Of a stretch of 64,000 nt of DNA, positions 1 to 13,800 are shown piece by piece. Below the pieces are notes generated by a model, which saw only the letters and a program-made list of their open reading frames with translations, searched no databases and was not told the origin of the DNA. Source of the stretch: Haliotis rufescens (lineage: Eukaryota); the NCBI RefSeq assembly GCF_023055435.1, contig NW_025964001.1, positions 1,674,001 to 1,738,000 on the forward strand, given 5' to 3'. Position numbers and translations under genes: made by a program. Position 1 is the first letter of the stretch; each line of letters opens with the position of its first letter.

Positions 1-99
1 AAAATTGTCAGTCTGTTAAAAACTGTGATATAAATGAGGTAAACGACCCCTCAAACCAAAATTATGTAAATCCCTCACCATGCCATTGTTTCAGGTAGT

Positions 100-1390
100 A
101 TCCTATGCTTTCTCAAGATCAAAGAAAATTGATACTGCATGTTGTTGTTTTACTTCAGAATATTTAACAAAATATTCAAATCGTACTGAATATTTGTAAT
201 ATAATAATAGGTTTCCAAATACCAAACTAATATATTGTTTACCAGTCGTTGCATGGTTTTGCAAACGCAACTGGTTGAAGTTTGAATGTTTGTTGTTTAA
301 TGCCGCACTCAGCAATATTCCAGCTATATGGCGGTGGTCAACTGGTTAAAGAATTAGGACAGTAATTTAAGGGATCTGTATCATCCCGGTCAGGTTTTGG
401 TATGGGGACGGCAATGGCATTATGATACGAAGGAGGAACATTCCCTGAAGTCCATACTTGTTCAAATACATCTAAAAGTGTCGCAAGACCTGATTCAGGC
501 AAATGCTTCAATAACTGACACATGAGCTTGCACAAGAACGGTTTGTGGATCATGCAATGAAAATACTTCATTATAATCTTCACCGTTATTACAATCAAAA
601 TTAACTTTTTTCTTTTCCTGTTGTTTCTGATGTCTCTGAAACACAGGGACATAAAATGAAGATGAAGAATATTTGGCAGGAGTTTCGCGAAGGGAAATTG
701 TCGGGTTTTAATTTTTCAGCACACAATACCAGAGCCATTTGGCCTTTGTAATATTCATTATGAAGAAGGGTTATCATCTGGTGTCATAGCTCTTAGTACA
801 GAAGGGAAGTGATAACCTCCACAAAGGTCATCACGCACACACCATTCAAATTCACCCGAGAGATATATCAAGGGCAGAATAAGTTCCAGTCGCGGGATGT
901 AAATAGGTGCTTGAATCACCATTAAATATATGTGAATTATTATCATCAAAAAAATCTTCAGTGACTTTTCCCTTATTGTTGGTACGTGCACTTTCCCAAT
1001 TAGGGTTATGCCCATTTCAATGATGATGATGTATGGCTTAGGAAGATGATCATCGATTCTGAAGATCGTCGAAGATTGTCGAAGTGCAGATATTGAGATA
1101 ACGATGGGATGTACAGATGGCGCAAAGTAAATGCAGTGTGCAATGAAAGCCGGATAGCAACAGCTTAAGAATTAGAATTTAAATGAACAACACTGTGATT
1201 GATGTCCTGCCTCACTAAAATAATAGAGCCTCTAGTCGCTTTATCTCCCGGACGAAAAAGAGTGACCCGATAATTTGATGTTCAACTGTTGTTTCTCAAT
1301 CTTCAGGAATCCAATTCAAACGTATGTGTTGTAACATAATCACAAAGGATGTTGCAGTAGTGTATTTGTAGGATAGATAGACTCATAGTT
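100..1390 (-). mobile_element. Degenerate Nimb-like LINE ORF2 fragment (APE to RT)
   Basis: Fragments QHAVSIFFDLEKA, QLLKHLPES...PIPKPDRDDTDPLNY, EFEWCVRDDLCG match ORF2 of the intact element; many frameshifts; interrupted by a SINE tail at about 285-340. Confidence 0.85.
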
Positions 1391-1710
1391 TTGTCTCTAT
1401 TGAGGAACTGATAATATTATTGATTATGGTTTGAACACAGGTCACACCTACCAACTAAATTTGTGACAAAACACCCGATAGTATATACAATATATCACAA
1501 GTTCCGACGTTCATACAGTCTGTCCCTCACTCGACGGAGATTCCTACGCCACTGAACTGACAAAGTAAAAGTGTTCATGTTTTGAACTATGTAGGACTCA
1601 ATAAATGTATTCGATGGTCTCTGGGACCGAGAGTACACGAAACATAACTGTACAAATAATCGAATTATACAGCATGGGTGTCCTTATCATTCACTGAATC
1701 TTTGTCCTAG

Positions 1711-1881
1711 GCCCACTTGGCGGAGACTGACATGGTGGAACAAGGCCAGCAGGTGGTGTCCAGATGGCTGGTCATACCTACCTCAGGATCTGTAGGGGAC
1801 ATCGCTAATACTCGTGTGATCATCAAGACAACTCAAATGATCATTTTGGAGGCCACACGATGTCATCATTTTCCTTGGCAT
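1711..1881 (+). CDS. gene A exon (N-terminal domain)
   Basis: cctag|GCC...CAT|gtgaga; AHLAETDM...SRWLVIPTSG is homologous to gene B exon 47564-47737. Confidence 0.75.
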
Positions 1882-4800
1882 GTGAGAGGGGTGGGTGTGA
1901 GTGTGTGGATTGGGAGTTTGAATACGTGTGTTCGAGAGAAAGAAAAGACTTGTGAATGGTTTCTTCGGTCGTAGTAATATGGAATGCATGCTTTCATGAT
2001 CTAATTGCAGCAAACTGTCAAGCATTAGGAGCCAAGGGTGTATCTCTCACTTGAAGAGAAACAAAACAAAACTTATGGGGCAAATACATAGGAACCGACA
2101 CTCATGAATAATTGTAAAGTGACAACGAGATTTGAACACAAATTGAGTTACCCGAGTGTGTATTGCTTGAAGATAGCTAACGTCCTTCTTGCAGAATATG
2201 TCCAGCGACGATTTTTGCTCTTTCACTGATCTGTATTCGGTGATTGGAACAAACGACAAAAGGACGCTACGTGCTCTAGGCTCCTTAAGAAGCATGGAAT
2301 GGTCGACGATTAAAGAAACTATTTTCCCAAAAGAGAAATATGGATTGCATAACAAGTCGCTAACTGTTGCTGTGTTGGAGGTAATGGGAACTCAATGTAA
2401 TTAATGTCAGTTATTGATAAGAATTGACGTATGATTTACCATGTCTCAGATATAAACTCAATAATAGGTAACTCAGGGCATTTGTGTCATTTCTCCCAGG
2501 TGCCTTGAACTGAATATAGCCGTAATGTTAGTGTGCTACGAAGGGATGTTCAAGGGGTGTTTAAATGAGACTTCCGTTTGCATTTCCACGATATCTATCA
2601 AAGTTATTCTAAACAGACAGCCTGAATCAACACCTGAATTTGGTTATGGACAGACGTAGATTGCCCGGAACGTGTGGTCCGAACTACTGAGACGATACCT
2701 TTTCTGTGTGGAGATATGACAACCCCTTCGAATCGTTATAACGATATGACATCAAACTGGCTCAAGAACCCGCACATGCTTGTTGTAACGGGGTCGGATG
2801 GCCAGGCTTGCTGACATGGTTGATGCATGTCATCGTATCCCAATTGCTTAGATCGATGCCCCTGATGTCAGTCACCGCCGATATATAGCTGGAATATTGC
2901 TGCAAGCGACGTTATACAACAAACAAGAACCCATACATCAATAGTTTTGAGGTGCGCTCAGGGTTAGCGCAGAGAGGTGTCGTAATAGAGTAACATATTT
3001 GATTTTAATGAGATTATTGTTTTATGTTGCTCATTATTTTACCAATGTTTTAAGAGTCCGCCGTTTGTGTTTCGAAGAGAGATGAATGATTCTGTCATCT
3101 TCAGCGGAGTTTCTATAGATCTACTAAATGAACTCTCACGGAGGCTCAATTTCAGGTATAAGTGATCTTGTATATGGTTGACCTACATATGTAACATAGA
3201 TTTGGGTATTACAATTGGCGTAACATTTGTACTTTTGTTTTGATGTAATTCCTTGCATTGGTTAGCAGTATCACATTTTTGTTTCTGTTCTTGAAAATAA
3301 GAAACATTACCTCTAAGTGTGAAGAATCACTTGAGGAAATTCCACACAGTCACAAAATGTTAGCATTCAGGATATTGTCACAAACAGTTACACCATTGTG
3401 GAGCCAGAAGATGGTGAATGGGGGATTCTGGTCGACGGCAAATGGACGGGTCTGATTGGACAGCTTGTTGAAAAGGTAGGAAATAAAAGATAAAAACGTT
3501 ATATATTTCAAAGAAAGTTTGTATACATTGTAGAAGCTTACCTGTGGTATCACTATAATCATGCATCAAATGACGTAAAATCCCAAACAATGATAAAAAC
3601 ACCTACACACAAGCAAGACCCTATGAAAGGAGCAAGGAACGTATAATGATTTTGAGGTACTTAAAATAATATTTTGGTCTCAGATTTTTCACACTCAAAA
3701 ATGTGTAAAAATAGAATGAAATTATTCCCTAAAGCAGTGACCATGAAAACTATCCTGTCTTTAACAACTGTCCAGGTGAAATTGTAGTTCTGTATTTTAA
3801 AGTCTCTTGACATGGTATGTCATATACTTCCCATGTACATTTGTCAGTTTACTCTTGTTGGTGCATTACGCTATCATGTATTCAACAAAACAAATAAGGT
3901 GCCGCTGGTATTTTCCTGAATGGCCAATACCCATTCTCAGTATGTTACGTTAAAGTTGAAAAAAACTTTTGGCATCGGTAAGACCTTTGTGACAATAACC
4001 AAACTACTAACCCTTCACAAAACAATGACAACTCAATATCAGCTGTTACATACATGGGCTGGAATCACACTTTGCCACTGCCTGGATTAATCGAATCTAT
4101 CAAAACCCGTGAAGATCCGGGGTAGAATAGGTCTTCAGAAACCAATGCTTGCCGTAGAAGGCGACTATGTTTGTCGTAAGAGGCGTGGAACGATGCTTAT
4201 GATATAAATCACTGGATTGTCTGGTCCAGACTCGATTATTTACAGACCGACGTCATACAGCTGGAATATTGCTGAGTGCGGCGTAAAACAACAAATCAAC
4301 CAACCAAATCTATCAATTTGCAACTGTCGTCTTTGACATGTGCCAGATCCTGACCAATTTGTCGGCCTTTGACACATGCGTAACATCTAGAAAACGGAGG
4401 TCGGATCTCATTACGATATCATGATATTTAGCACCACTCAATGTTCCACTTTCTTTTTTGCAGAAAGCAGACTTGGTTGTTGCGCCCATTACAGTCAGTA
4501 GATCCCGAAAGGAAGTTGTAGATTTCACTGTACCCTACTTGTACGTCGACTCGGGAATCATCATACGGATGCCATCAGCGGCAACATTTTTTACGCTTAT
4601 CTCCCCTTTCCGGTACCACGTCTTCATGTGTTTAGGTATAGCACTCGTCCTGACAACAACTTTCCTGCTCCTCTTGGAAGTGGCGACTCCACAATGCCCC
4701 CTAAACAGACCAGTTGACAAATTGAGGCGTTATGGAGATACAGCCTTCCAAATCTTTGGCTCCCTCATGTATAAAGGTTTGTATTGTGTAGAATATCTCA

Positions 4801-7800
4801 TGCGTGTTTCATGGTACACTTAACCCTATAGCCCATTCAGCCTTGTTTGTAGTCCTCTGATTCATACTGGGACACTACAGAACAAAGTAAATGTTGGCGG
4901 TATCACTCAAAAATGAACGTATTTATATAAGTATGTTCCAATGACCATCTCTAAAGCAGCGGCATCGTAACTTAAGGTAGGGAATGCCATGTGCACCTGC
5001 TTATTGCGGCTAAGGTGCATAGAAACAGAGGAATATACGCTGATTTTTCTCCACGTAGTGTTTTGTGTGAGGTTATGAAGGACGAAGTGTTTTATCCTCC
5101 TTCGTTTCGGGAAACTACAGATGCAACATAGGGGTGAGGTGAGGTGAAATTGGGTTTAACGTCGCGTCCAAGATTATTGCACTTATATAGCGACGTGCAT
5201 GTACGTGTATGTGTGTGTGGCTGCTTGTACTAGTCCGGACTGATGCCGATTTATAGTGCTAGCTCACTGAGATACCATGCCGCAGTTTAACATGAATACC
5301 CAACTCAGACACAGTATACTGACTCCGAGCTGACCAGTCCTTGTTTTAGCCCCTTAATGCCGAGCGCCAGACAGGGTAACAACAAGTACAATCTTTTAAC
5401 GTCTTTTTGTATGACGCGGCCCGGGATCGAACCCTGGACCTTCCGCTCTCCGGGCGGACGCTCTACCACAAGACCACGGAGGCGGTTACATAGGGGAGAA
5501 AGAGTTTTGCCGTAAATATCTCATTTCAGTTGTTAGATGCAAATGTCCAGACCAATATCATTCAACGATTGGTGAATGTAATCGTTACACGAAAAAATAC
5601 GTTCACAGTTTCTCACGCAGTCATACTTTCGTCCCATAAACGCGTCGTATCTTCGCCCAGTGCAAGGTAAAATTTTCTTTGTGTTTTTGCAAATCTCAAC
5701 CAGATATAAAAGCACTCAGGTAAAAACGAATGTTTGTAACATGTGAATGAAATATTTTGTGTAAAGAACTTGTAACCATTGTTTAAGGTGGCAATTCCAT
5801 ACCATCGATGGCGTCTTCGCGCATCCTACTGTGCGCCTGGCTGTTGTTCACGGTTATCATCGCAGCGATCTACAGTGGAAACCTGACAGCATTCATGGCT
5901 GAGGTGAAACAGAAATTACCTTTCTCCACCCTGGCAGAGTTGGCCAAGCAGGATACCTATAAGTGGGGCATCGACGGAGGATCAAACTATGTGGCTCTCT
6001 TCAGGGTAAGGGCTCTCACTTTTATCAAATCGCGCTGGACGTTAAGTTCGAATCGCATATGCGACTGTCTACATGGTTCATGATCAAGATACACAGGCAC
6101 GTGGTAATGCGTAACTTGTGCTTTTGAACCTCGTAATGTTGACAGGGCGTTATCTGAGACAATTCTTGTTCGTTAAGCACAACGTATCAATTCATACTAA
6201 GTCTTAGAAACCAGCAACAAAATAATTTCCAGGATCAATAGAGGCCATTTAGTCTTGTCGTTTTGGTCGAAATAAATGGCCAACCTCAAGAAAATTGCAA
6301 CAGAATTAATTCATACTTTATGTTATTTGGTAGCATGTCAGCTTTCAGGGAAAAAAAATCTACCAAAATCAACTCATGGGAATGACCTTTCTCAAGGTCA
6401 CAAGATATAGGCCTATATAATTCGTATTCTTGGATATTTGTAGGAAGGAAGAGATTCAAATTTATTATAGTTTTCTTTCTAATATAACTAAATTAAAGAA
6501 CAATCTGGGTATACAACTTTTATTTACTTTATAAAAAATATCACAGGGACAATTTAATTCATTATAATAGTTCAAGGTCAAATAGAGGAGATATATGAAG
6601 AGTGGCAAACTATTGTCGTATAAATCCCAACTTTTATAAACTCCGATGCTTATTCACAACTACTGATAGTTGAACACTCATTCGTTTAAGTAAATATATT
6701 GGTTGCATATTTCAGAAGTTAATTTTGTTGTTGTTGTATAATGCCGCACTCTGCAATATTGCAGCTATATGACGGCGGCCAGTAAATAATCGAGTCTGGA
6801 ACAGACAATCCAGGGATTGACATCATGAGCAGCGATCCACGCAATTGGCATGCATCATGGCATGACATGCATCAACCAAGTCAGCGAGTCTGACCACCCG
6901 ATACCGTTAGTAGTCGCCTTTAACGACAAGCACAGTCGCCTTTTACGGCAAGTATATATGATACTGTGATGTTGTGCTAGATGTAAATAAAATAACGTAG
7001 CTGTAGTTTCGAAAGATAATCCAGTAATAAAACACTTACAGAACAATAATCATCTTTAATGTCAATTATATCATGTATGCTATTTCTCATATCACTTTAA
7101 TACATTGTAATTTGTATGTGTATCATGTTTGGGAGAGGCATTCAAATAAGCAAAATTTGCTTGTTTGCCAATCCCTCCACTTTATGGAAATAAATATGTT
7201 GATATCATAAAGAACTGGAACTTGGTAACGCATGGGTAGTTGGCCTACTATTGTCTATTATGGTGAAAGGGGCCCCGGCGAAACTCATGTCAGCCGGTTA
7301 TATATTACTGTCGCTGATACGCTGAGTGAACACAGGCTATACTGACTATAGATTCATTTATTTTAGTGTGCGAATCTATTCAATTTGAGTATAAGTACAC
7401 GATAATCATAGACTATTGCATAGCATAGCAATATGGCAAACGCTCAAGTGAGTGAGTGAGTATGGTTTTACGCCGCTTTTAGCAATATTCCAGTTATATC
7501 AATGCGGGGGACACCTGAGTGAGTGCGTTGGGTTTGACGCCGCTTTTGACATTATTCAAGTTACACACGGTGTGTCAGCTTAATGTGGAAGGAAAGCCCG
7601 AAGTGATGCAGGTCTTAGGTGAAACCCACGAGCACGGGTATGGTGCTGACAAACCTAGAAACGTAATCGGGGCGAACCGGGATTCGAACCAACGATCATA
7701 GGTTTCTGATAAGAAGAACACTCTGGAATGGCTTATAGATGGCCTAGATTGTATGGATATAAACATAAAACCCGTAACTGTCGTTCGGAATACCCCGTGT

Positions 7801-10800
7801 CAAATATTTCGTGGTTGCATGATTAGAAAACACGTTCCGACTGTCACTTTCATGATCTGGTAAGCGACGCTCTGATTGGTCGAATGAAAGGTCGTTCTGA
7901 CGTGGCCACTAATGGGATGTCCTCAGATCTTTGTTTGGCGGTAGCGAGTACAAAGATTTGATTTTAATGAGATTGCCAAGATACACAAGATATGGGCTTC
8001 ACGCATTGCACCCATATGGGGAATCGAACCCGGGCCTTCGGCGAATAAACACACAAGTGCCTCGCTGTATTCCAAACAATCTATGGGGACAGAATTTGGT
8101 CTACTCCTGCTACAAATTTAGTTTCAAGTCAAGAAACGGAGACAGAATCCACTGGCGCTGTTGTCTGAGATGATGCCGTTCCAGAATGGTAGCCGTAATT
8201 CTGAAAGAAGAAAAATGTTTTACAGCATCGTGCCAAAAGAGAGTAAAGTTGTTTAAATTCCTATATATTTCAAGTAATAACATCTGCATATGCTGAAATT
8301 ACCTGGTTCCGTTTTTCACCAATTTACAAGACGAAACAAAAGTTACAAGCCGGTTAAAAGAGTTAATTTTGTGACTTTAAACAGTAAAACAAATGCACTC
8401 AAGACGAGAATTGTCAATATCGGGTGTTTTAGAAATAGGAAACTTGTTCCGATGTCAATGTTGGTTGTAAAACGTAATGGATTTAATGAATTGCAAATTA
8501 CGTACGCATTACGCAAATGATTATACATCATGTCACAGATGGGCTTCCGTAGATTTTTTATTTATCAAGAAGGGTCCACTTTTCGAAATAAATTTTCACA
8601 TAATTATGTTTCTAATAATTGTAACAATGTTGGATGAATTTATAAAAGACAGGAATATGGTTATCGGTCGTTTTTAACACGCATTGGAAGCATTGGAAGC
8701 CAACTGCTATTATTTTCATCATTATTAGTTACATTTTTAAATAAATGTGTATTTGTCAACTTACCATAAAATAATACGGCTCCGTTATCGTTGTTTTTTT
8801 CTGAATATTTTCCAAGGCACTAGCAGGATCACTACGAATTATCTCCCTTTGCGAGCTCTTCTTGATGTACGGCGGCCCGTAGATGCCATATTCTCCTCGT
8901 TGGTTTTTATCTTTTTTGATGCGGGAATTAACCATTTTCCCAAAGGTTGATTTTGGTAGACTTTTTAATACAAACTCAAATGCATTCAATTAAAAGGAAA
9001 CAGTCGTAAAATATTCTGTTGCAATTTTCTTGAGGTTAAATTACAGAATGACCAGACTAATTGAACGATCGTCAGCATGTGTTTAAGAATAACAATCAAA
9101 TAGTGATTATACCAGCTGGGGCGAGCGTATCCAGCACCACCAGAGGCACCCATCACAAACACATGAACAGGCAAGTCAAGTGTACACCTGAACAAACACA
9201 GCAAAGTGTGGGACAAGTCAAAATATGAAATTGCGTCGGACATTATTTTGGTCACTGATGCATCAAATTTGGAAATGTCCTCCACAAAAGCCAAAACTCC
9301 TGAAAGGTATACAGCGAACAAACTTTTTAGCAATAGTCGTATGACTCTCTTTGAAATCTTGGTAGAACCAGCATGACTTAGTCTATTGGTTATTCATCTT
9401 TCTTGTCATATAATCTTGTGAAACGTAATTGAGCAGGCGTCTCGATGGCAGCACAATTGGTACCCACGGGTGCCGACTTAATTTTAGATGAAATACAAAA
9501 TCCCCAACTTGAACACTGATGTCTTTGCAGATGCCTGACATTTGACATACTGTTTTCTCAGTAAACTTCAGCGGACATTTTCTGTCATTTTTGACAAATT
9601 GTTCTGAAGCTTTGAAGTTAGCGATGTACTATATCTATGATCATCACGTCTTATGACAAGTGTGGCATGGATCACGGAAACTTTGTCATGTTGGTTGGTT
9701 GGATCGTTTGTTGTTTAACGCCGCACTCTGTCAAGTCTGTCAATAATCGAGTCTGGACCAGACAATCCAGTGATTGATATCATGAGCATCGATCCACGCA
9801 ATTGGGTTGGTTGGTTTGTTGTTTTACGCCGCACTCAGCAATATTCCAGCTATATGACGGCGATCTGTAAATAAACGAGTCTGGACCAGACGCTCCAGTG
9901 ATTGATATCATGAGCATCGATCCACGCAATTGGGATCGATGACATGCATCAACCATGTGACCACCCAATCCCGTTAGTCGCCTTTTACGACAAGCATTGG
10001 TTGCTGAAGACCTATTCTACCCCGAATCTTCACGGGTCCCAAGCAATTGGGATACGATGACATTTATCAAACCAAGTCAGCGAGCTTGACCACGCGATCC
10101 CGTTCGTCGCCTCTTGCGATAACTTTGTCTTGTGGGATAGTGGTTTAAAGCATGGAAAAAGCAAAGGTTTTTAGAAACCTTGTGGTATTAATTCCACTTG
10201 CCTCGAATACTTTCTGTGAATATAAAGAAACTATTGAGTATTATAAAAAATATTCTTTTGTGTTTGCCCGCCTCAGTGGATAGAGAGTCTGTCCGGAGAG
10301 CGGAAGGTTGGGGTTTCGATCCCCGGCCGCGTCATTCCAAAAGACGTCAAAAGATACTGGTTGTTACCCTGCCTGACGCAAGGCATTAGGGAATAAAACA
10401 GAAACTGGTCAGCTCGGAGTTAAAACTGCGGCTTGTTGTGTCACTGTCACTATAACCTGGGCCTTAGTCCGTACTACAACAAGCAACCACAAACGTATCG
10501 ACTATACAAGAAACAGGATAGAACGAGTCGAGACATAACACATAACACTTCTGAACAGGAAGACACCCCTTCCCTCAGCATGTGAAAACTGGTGTTTGCG
10601 TAGAGACAAGGTGTGCGTTGCAAAGCGTCAATCGCTAGCAAGCGATGTACAGCGATTCGCCTTACAACAGTGCGCAACTTCCAGCCGCTTGCAAGCGAAA
10701 CAATCGCTGGCTGAGGTCGCTTCTTTCCTAAAACCAATATGGCGGCTGACTTTGATCGAGGAACAAGAAATTCTTGACTGGATCAACGAGGAAATGAGCA

Positions 10801-13800
10801 AAGGCAGCTAACACCCCATCATCCTCAGTCTACTCCACATCTTCAAAATAGTCATAAATGTCCTCAGCTCATCACCGAGCCTTTTCTATTACGTTATTCA
10901 TTACGTCAGGGCAACTAAGCGGCATTTGTGCCGCCATTTTGGAAGAGTGCGCAAGCGCTTCAAACTGTTGCAGACCCCGGGATGAGCAATAAATTTGCTT
11001 ACTCTAAGCGATTCGTGGCTTGCAACGCGCCCGAAATGTGCCGTGACGTCATACTAGTCATGACGTCACAGTGGACACTGGCTTTGATGTCACCTTTAGT
11101 AAGGATGTCATAGCTCATTTGCTACAGCAATGGTTGCAAAAAGCATCTCCAGTAATGTAGTTTGTTATATAGCTTTTGAATCCAGTGCAAGTGAAAGAGG
11201 AATGGACACATCTTCAGGTCTTAGAGACAAACCAAACGTTGATAGTATATGTATGTTTTAGTTTTGTCTTCTTCAGAAAAGATAACTTAAAAGATAACGG
11301 GTATCTGATATGTGGAATTATTTGCTGTTATTACGCGATGTTAAGGTATGTTACAACTCATATTTGAAATTTCTATCTGTATAAAATCAAGACGGTTGAG
11401 AAGCAGTGATGTGAATACGATCAGCTGATAACAACTTAAACAGATCCCATCCTAGGATATTACCATTGAAATTACCAAAAAAGTAAAAAGCCTTGCTTTT
11501 CACACAGCCACCCCTTCCATTACAGCGGCGCCTTGACAGTGATGCTGAACAACCACACATGAAGAAAATAAAACTATATAAATATAATTATACAAATTCT
11601 AATGGCAGTATGCTTTTAGGAAGAAAAAGTATTGCATGTCACCTTAACTGAAAATGATTCATACGTTTGAGTAGTATGGGTATCGCATGAAGTGGGAGAT
11701 GAGCAGTTATTTCTAAACATATTTAAGCAAAGAGTGTTGGATTGTGCAACACAGGATTGGCATTCAGATGTGGAACAAAAGAAAGTGCTTGTTTTGTATT
11801 CCTCATTTAAATCTTTGTTAGAATGTGAAAAATATGTGGTTTGTATAAATGTAACTAAATTTAGAAGAGCGTTGTTAAAATTCAGAAGTGGTTTTAATTC
11901 ATTTGGAATCCAGAATGTTAGAAAAGGTAAATGTGTTAAAGAGGATAAAGAATCAATTTGTTTTTTTTGTGATGTTCTTGAGAATGAAAATCATATTATA
12001 TTTCAATGTCCTAGGTATGAAGATAGTTGAAAGGTTTTTCTAGAGGAGTTGAGAAAAAAGAATAAATCATTTGTTACTATAAATATGTTGTGTACATCAG
12101 ATCAAAGTGAGATTTTATATTATTTCTCCAGATTTCTATATACTATTTTCAGTATCAGAGGGGATGTCTAGTATTTTTACAGTTATCACTATTTGAAATG
12201 TTTCAGGGTTCACTGTACTAAGAAAAGAAAACAACTAACTGAAGCGTCTGGAAATCTTAGTTTGTCAGATTTATAGAACACTTTATATAATCCCATCACT
12301 GTCAGTATGCTATCTGTTTCTATATTTATATTGAGGTTTATTAGCTAATAGAGCGCATCCAAAATATATTGTAACTATGGGTCATGTGGCCTTCTTTACT
12401 GAATAAAATTCTGTCTGTCTGTCTGTCTGTCATACGTTTGAACGTGGAGAATTAAAATACGGTCTAATTCCAGGACTCGAACCGCAGCGATTATCAAGCT
12501 ATATGGCAGGGTATACAGAGCAACAGTGACGAAGAACCGGATTCAGACAGCGTCGATATTGACGAGCACTTGCGTGGAATACTGGAAGGCCGCTACGCGT
12601 TCATTGGTGAGGAAACCTACCTTGAAATGTGGCAAGCCAAGAGTTGTGACATACAGTTCGTGAAACAACAGTTTTACATACAGCAGTTTGCAGTGGGTCT
12701 TCCTAAAAACAGTACAAACACCAAGGTCTTCTCAAATGAGTAAGTAAAGACGCAGCATAATATTGTTTTTCTGATATTTGTCCATATTCTTGTTTTGTCA
12801 AAACATTTATTTATTTGAAATCATTTTCTCTTGGCACATCTGAATATGACATCAAAGTGATGACATAATTGATTCAGATGATTGGTGTAAGTCAGCTGGA
12901 CATGTGAATGAGTGAGTATTAACTCACACCGCACTAAGAAAAAGAACTAACAGACCCTAGAAATTTCTCGGTTCATGAATCCAGAAGGGTGTTGGAAGCT
13001 GGCAGGAATTCGGTATTTGGAGATGGGAATCTAATCTCCACCTGACAATTAGATGAGACACGGGTGGTGTCGTAAAATGCCTCAAAACGCCCACGTGACG
13101 CACTTACCTAACAAAAGCTGTCTCAAAACTTCTCTTGGGATCAAGTTGGACCCTAAATAACGCAGAGCAATCATGTCTAAGAAACAACGAGTTTAAAGCC
13201 ATTTTGATATCTTCTCATTCAAATCAAAGTGTTGGTTCCATATTCAGACATTCACGATTTCACATTTAATCAGGACTCCATTCATTTTCATGGTTTGAGT
13301 GTTTAGTATTACCGGTTGGGCAGGACGTGCTTACCCTTTTTCGCAAACACCTAGTGCCATTACTGGTTGTCAGTGATCCATTCATACACTCTTCAAAAAC
13401 AGAAACGCACAGGGAAGATTTTTATTAATTTACTGTACCTAATAAAGTCGATATATTTAATTTAATATCATAGATACAAATAATGAATTTTGGAGCTCTA
13501 TAGTCACATGTTGTCTTTGTACAAAGGCATTGAAAACTGTTCATTGTCATGTCACATACGGCCACAAGGTAGCTCTGAACTCAGTATCTCGTGTGACCGC
13601 TCCGGGCAGCAATCACGGCTCTGCATCTCCTCGGCACTGACTGGATAAGTGTACGAATTCTGACGTTGATGGACACATCGATTGAGTTCGTCCCAGAGGT
13701 GTTCGATTGGGTGGAGATCTCGACGGCCAGGGCAAGTCGTTGATGTTGGCATTATGAAGGTAGTCTATCGTGACACGAGCGGTGTGCGGTGGAGAGGTGT

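Noticed and set aside
8190-8960. AT-rich segment that may be a non-autonomous DNA transposon
   Set aside because: Could not identify TIRs or a TSD by eye
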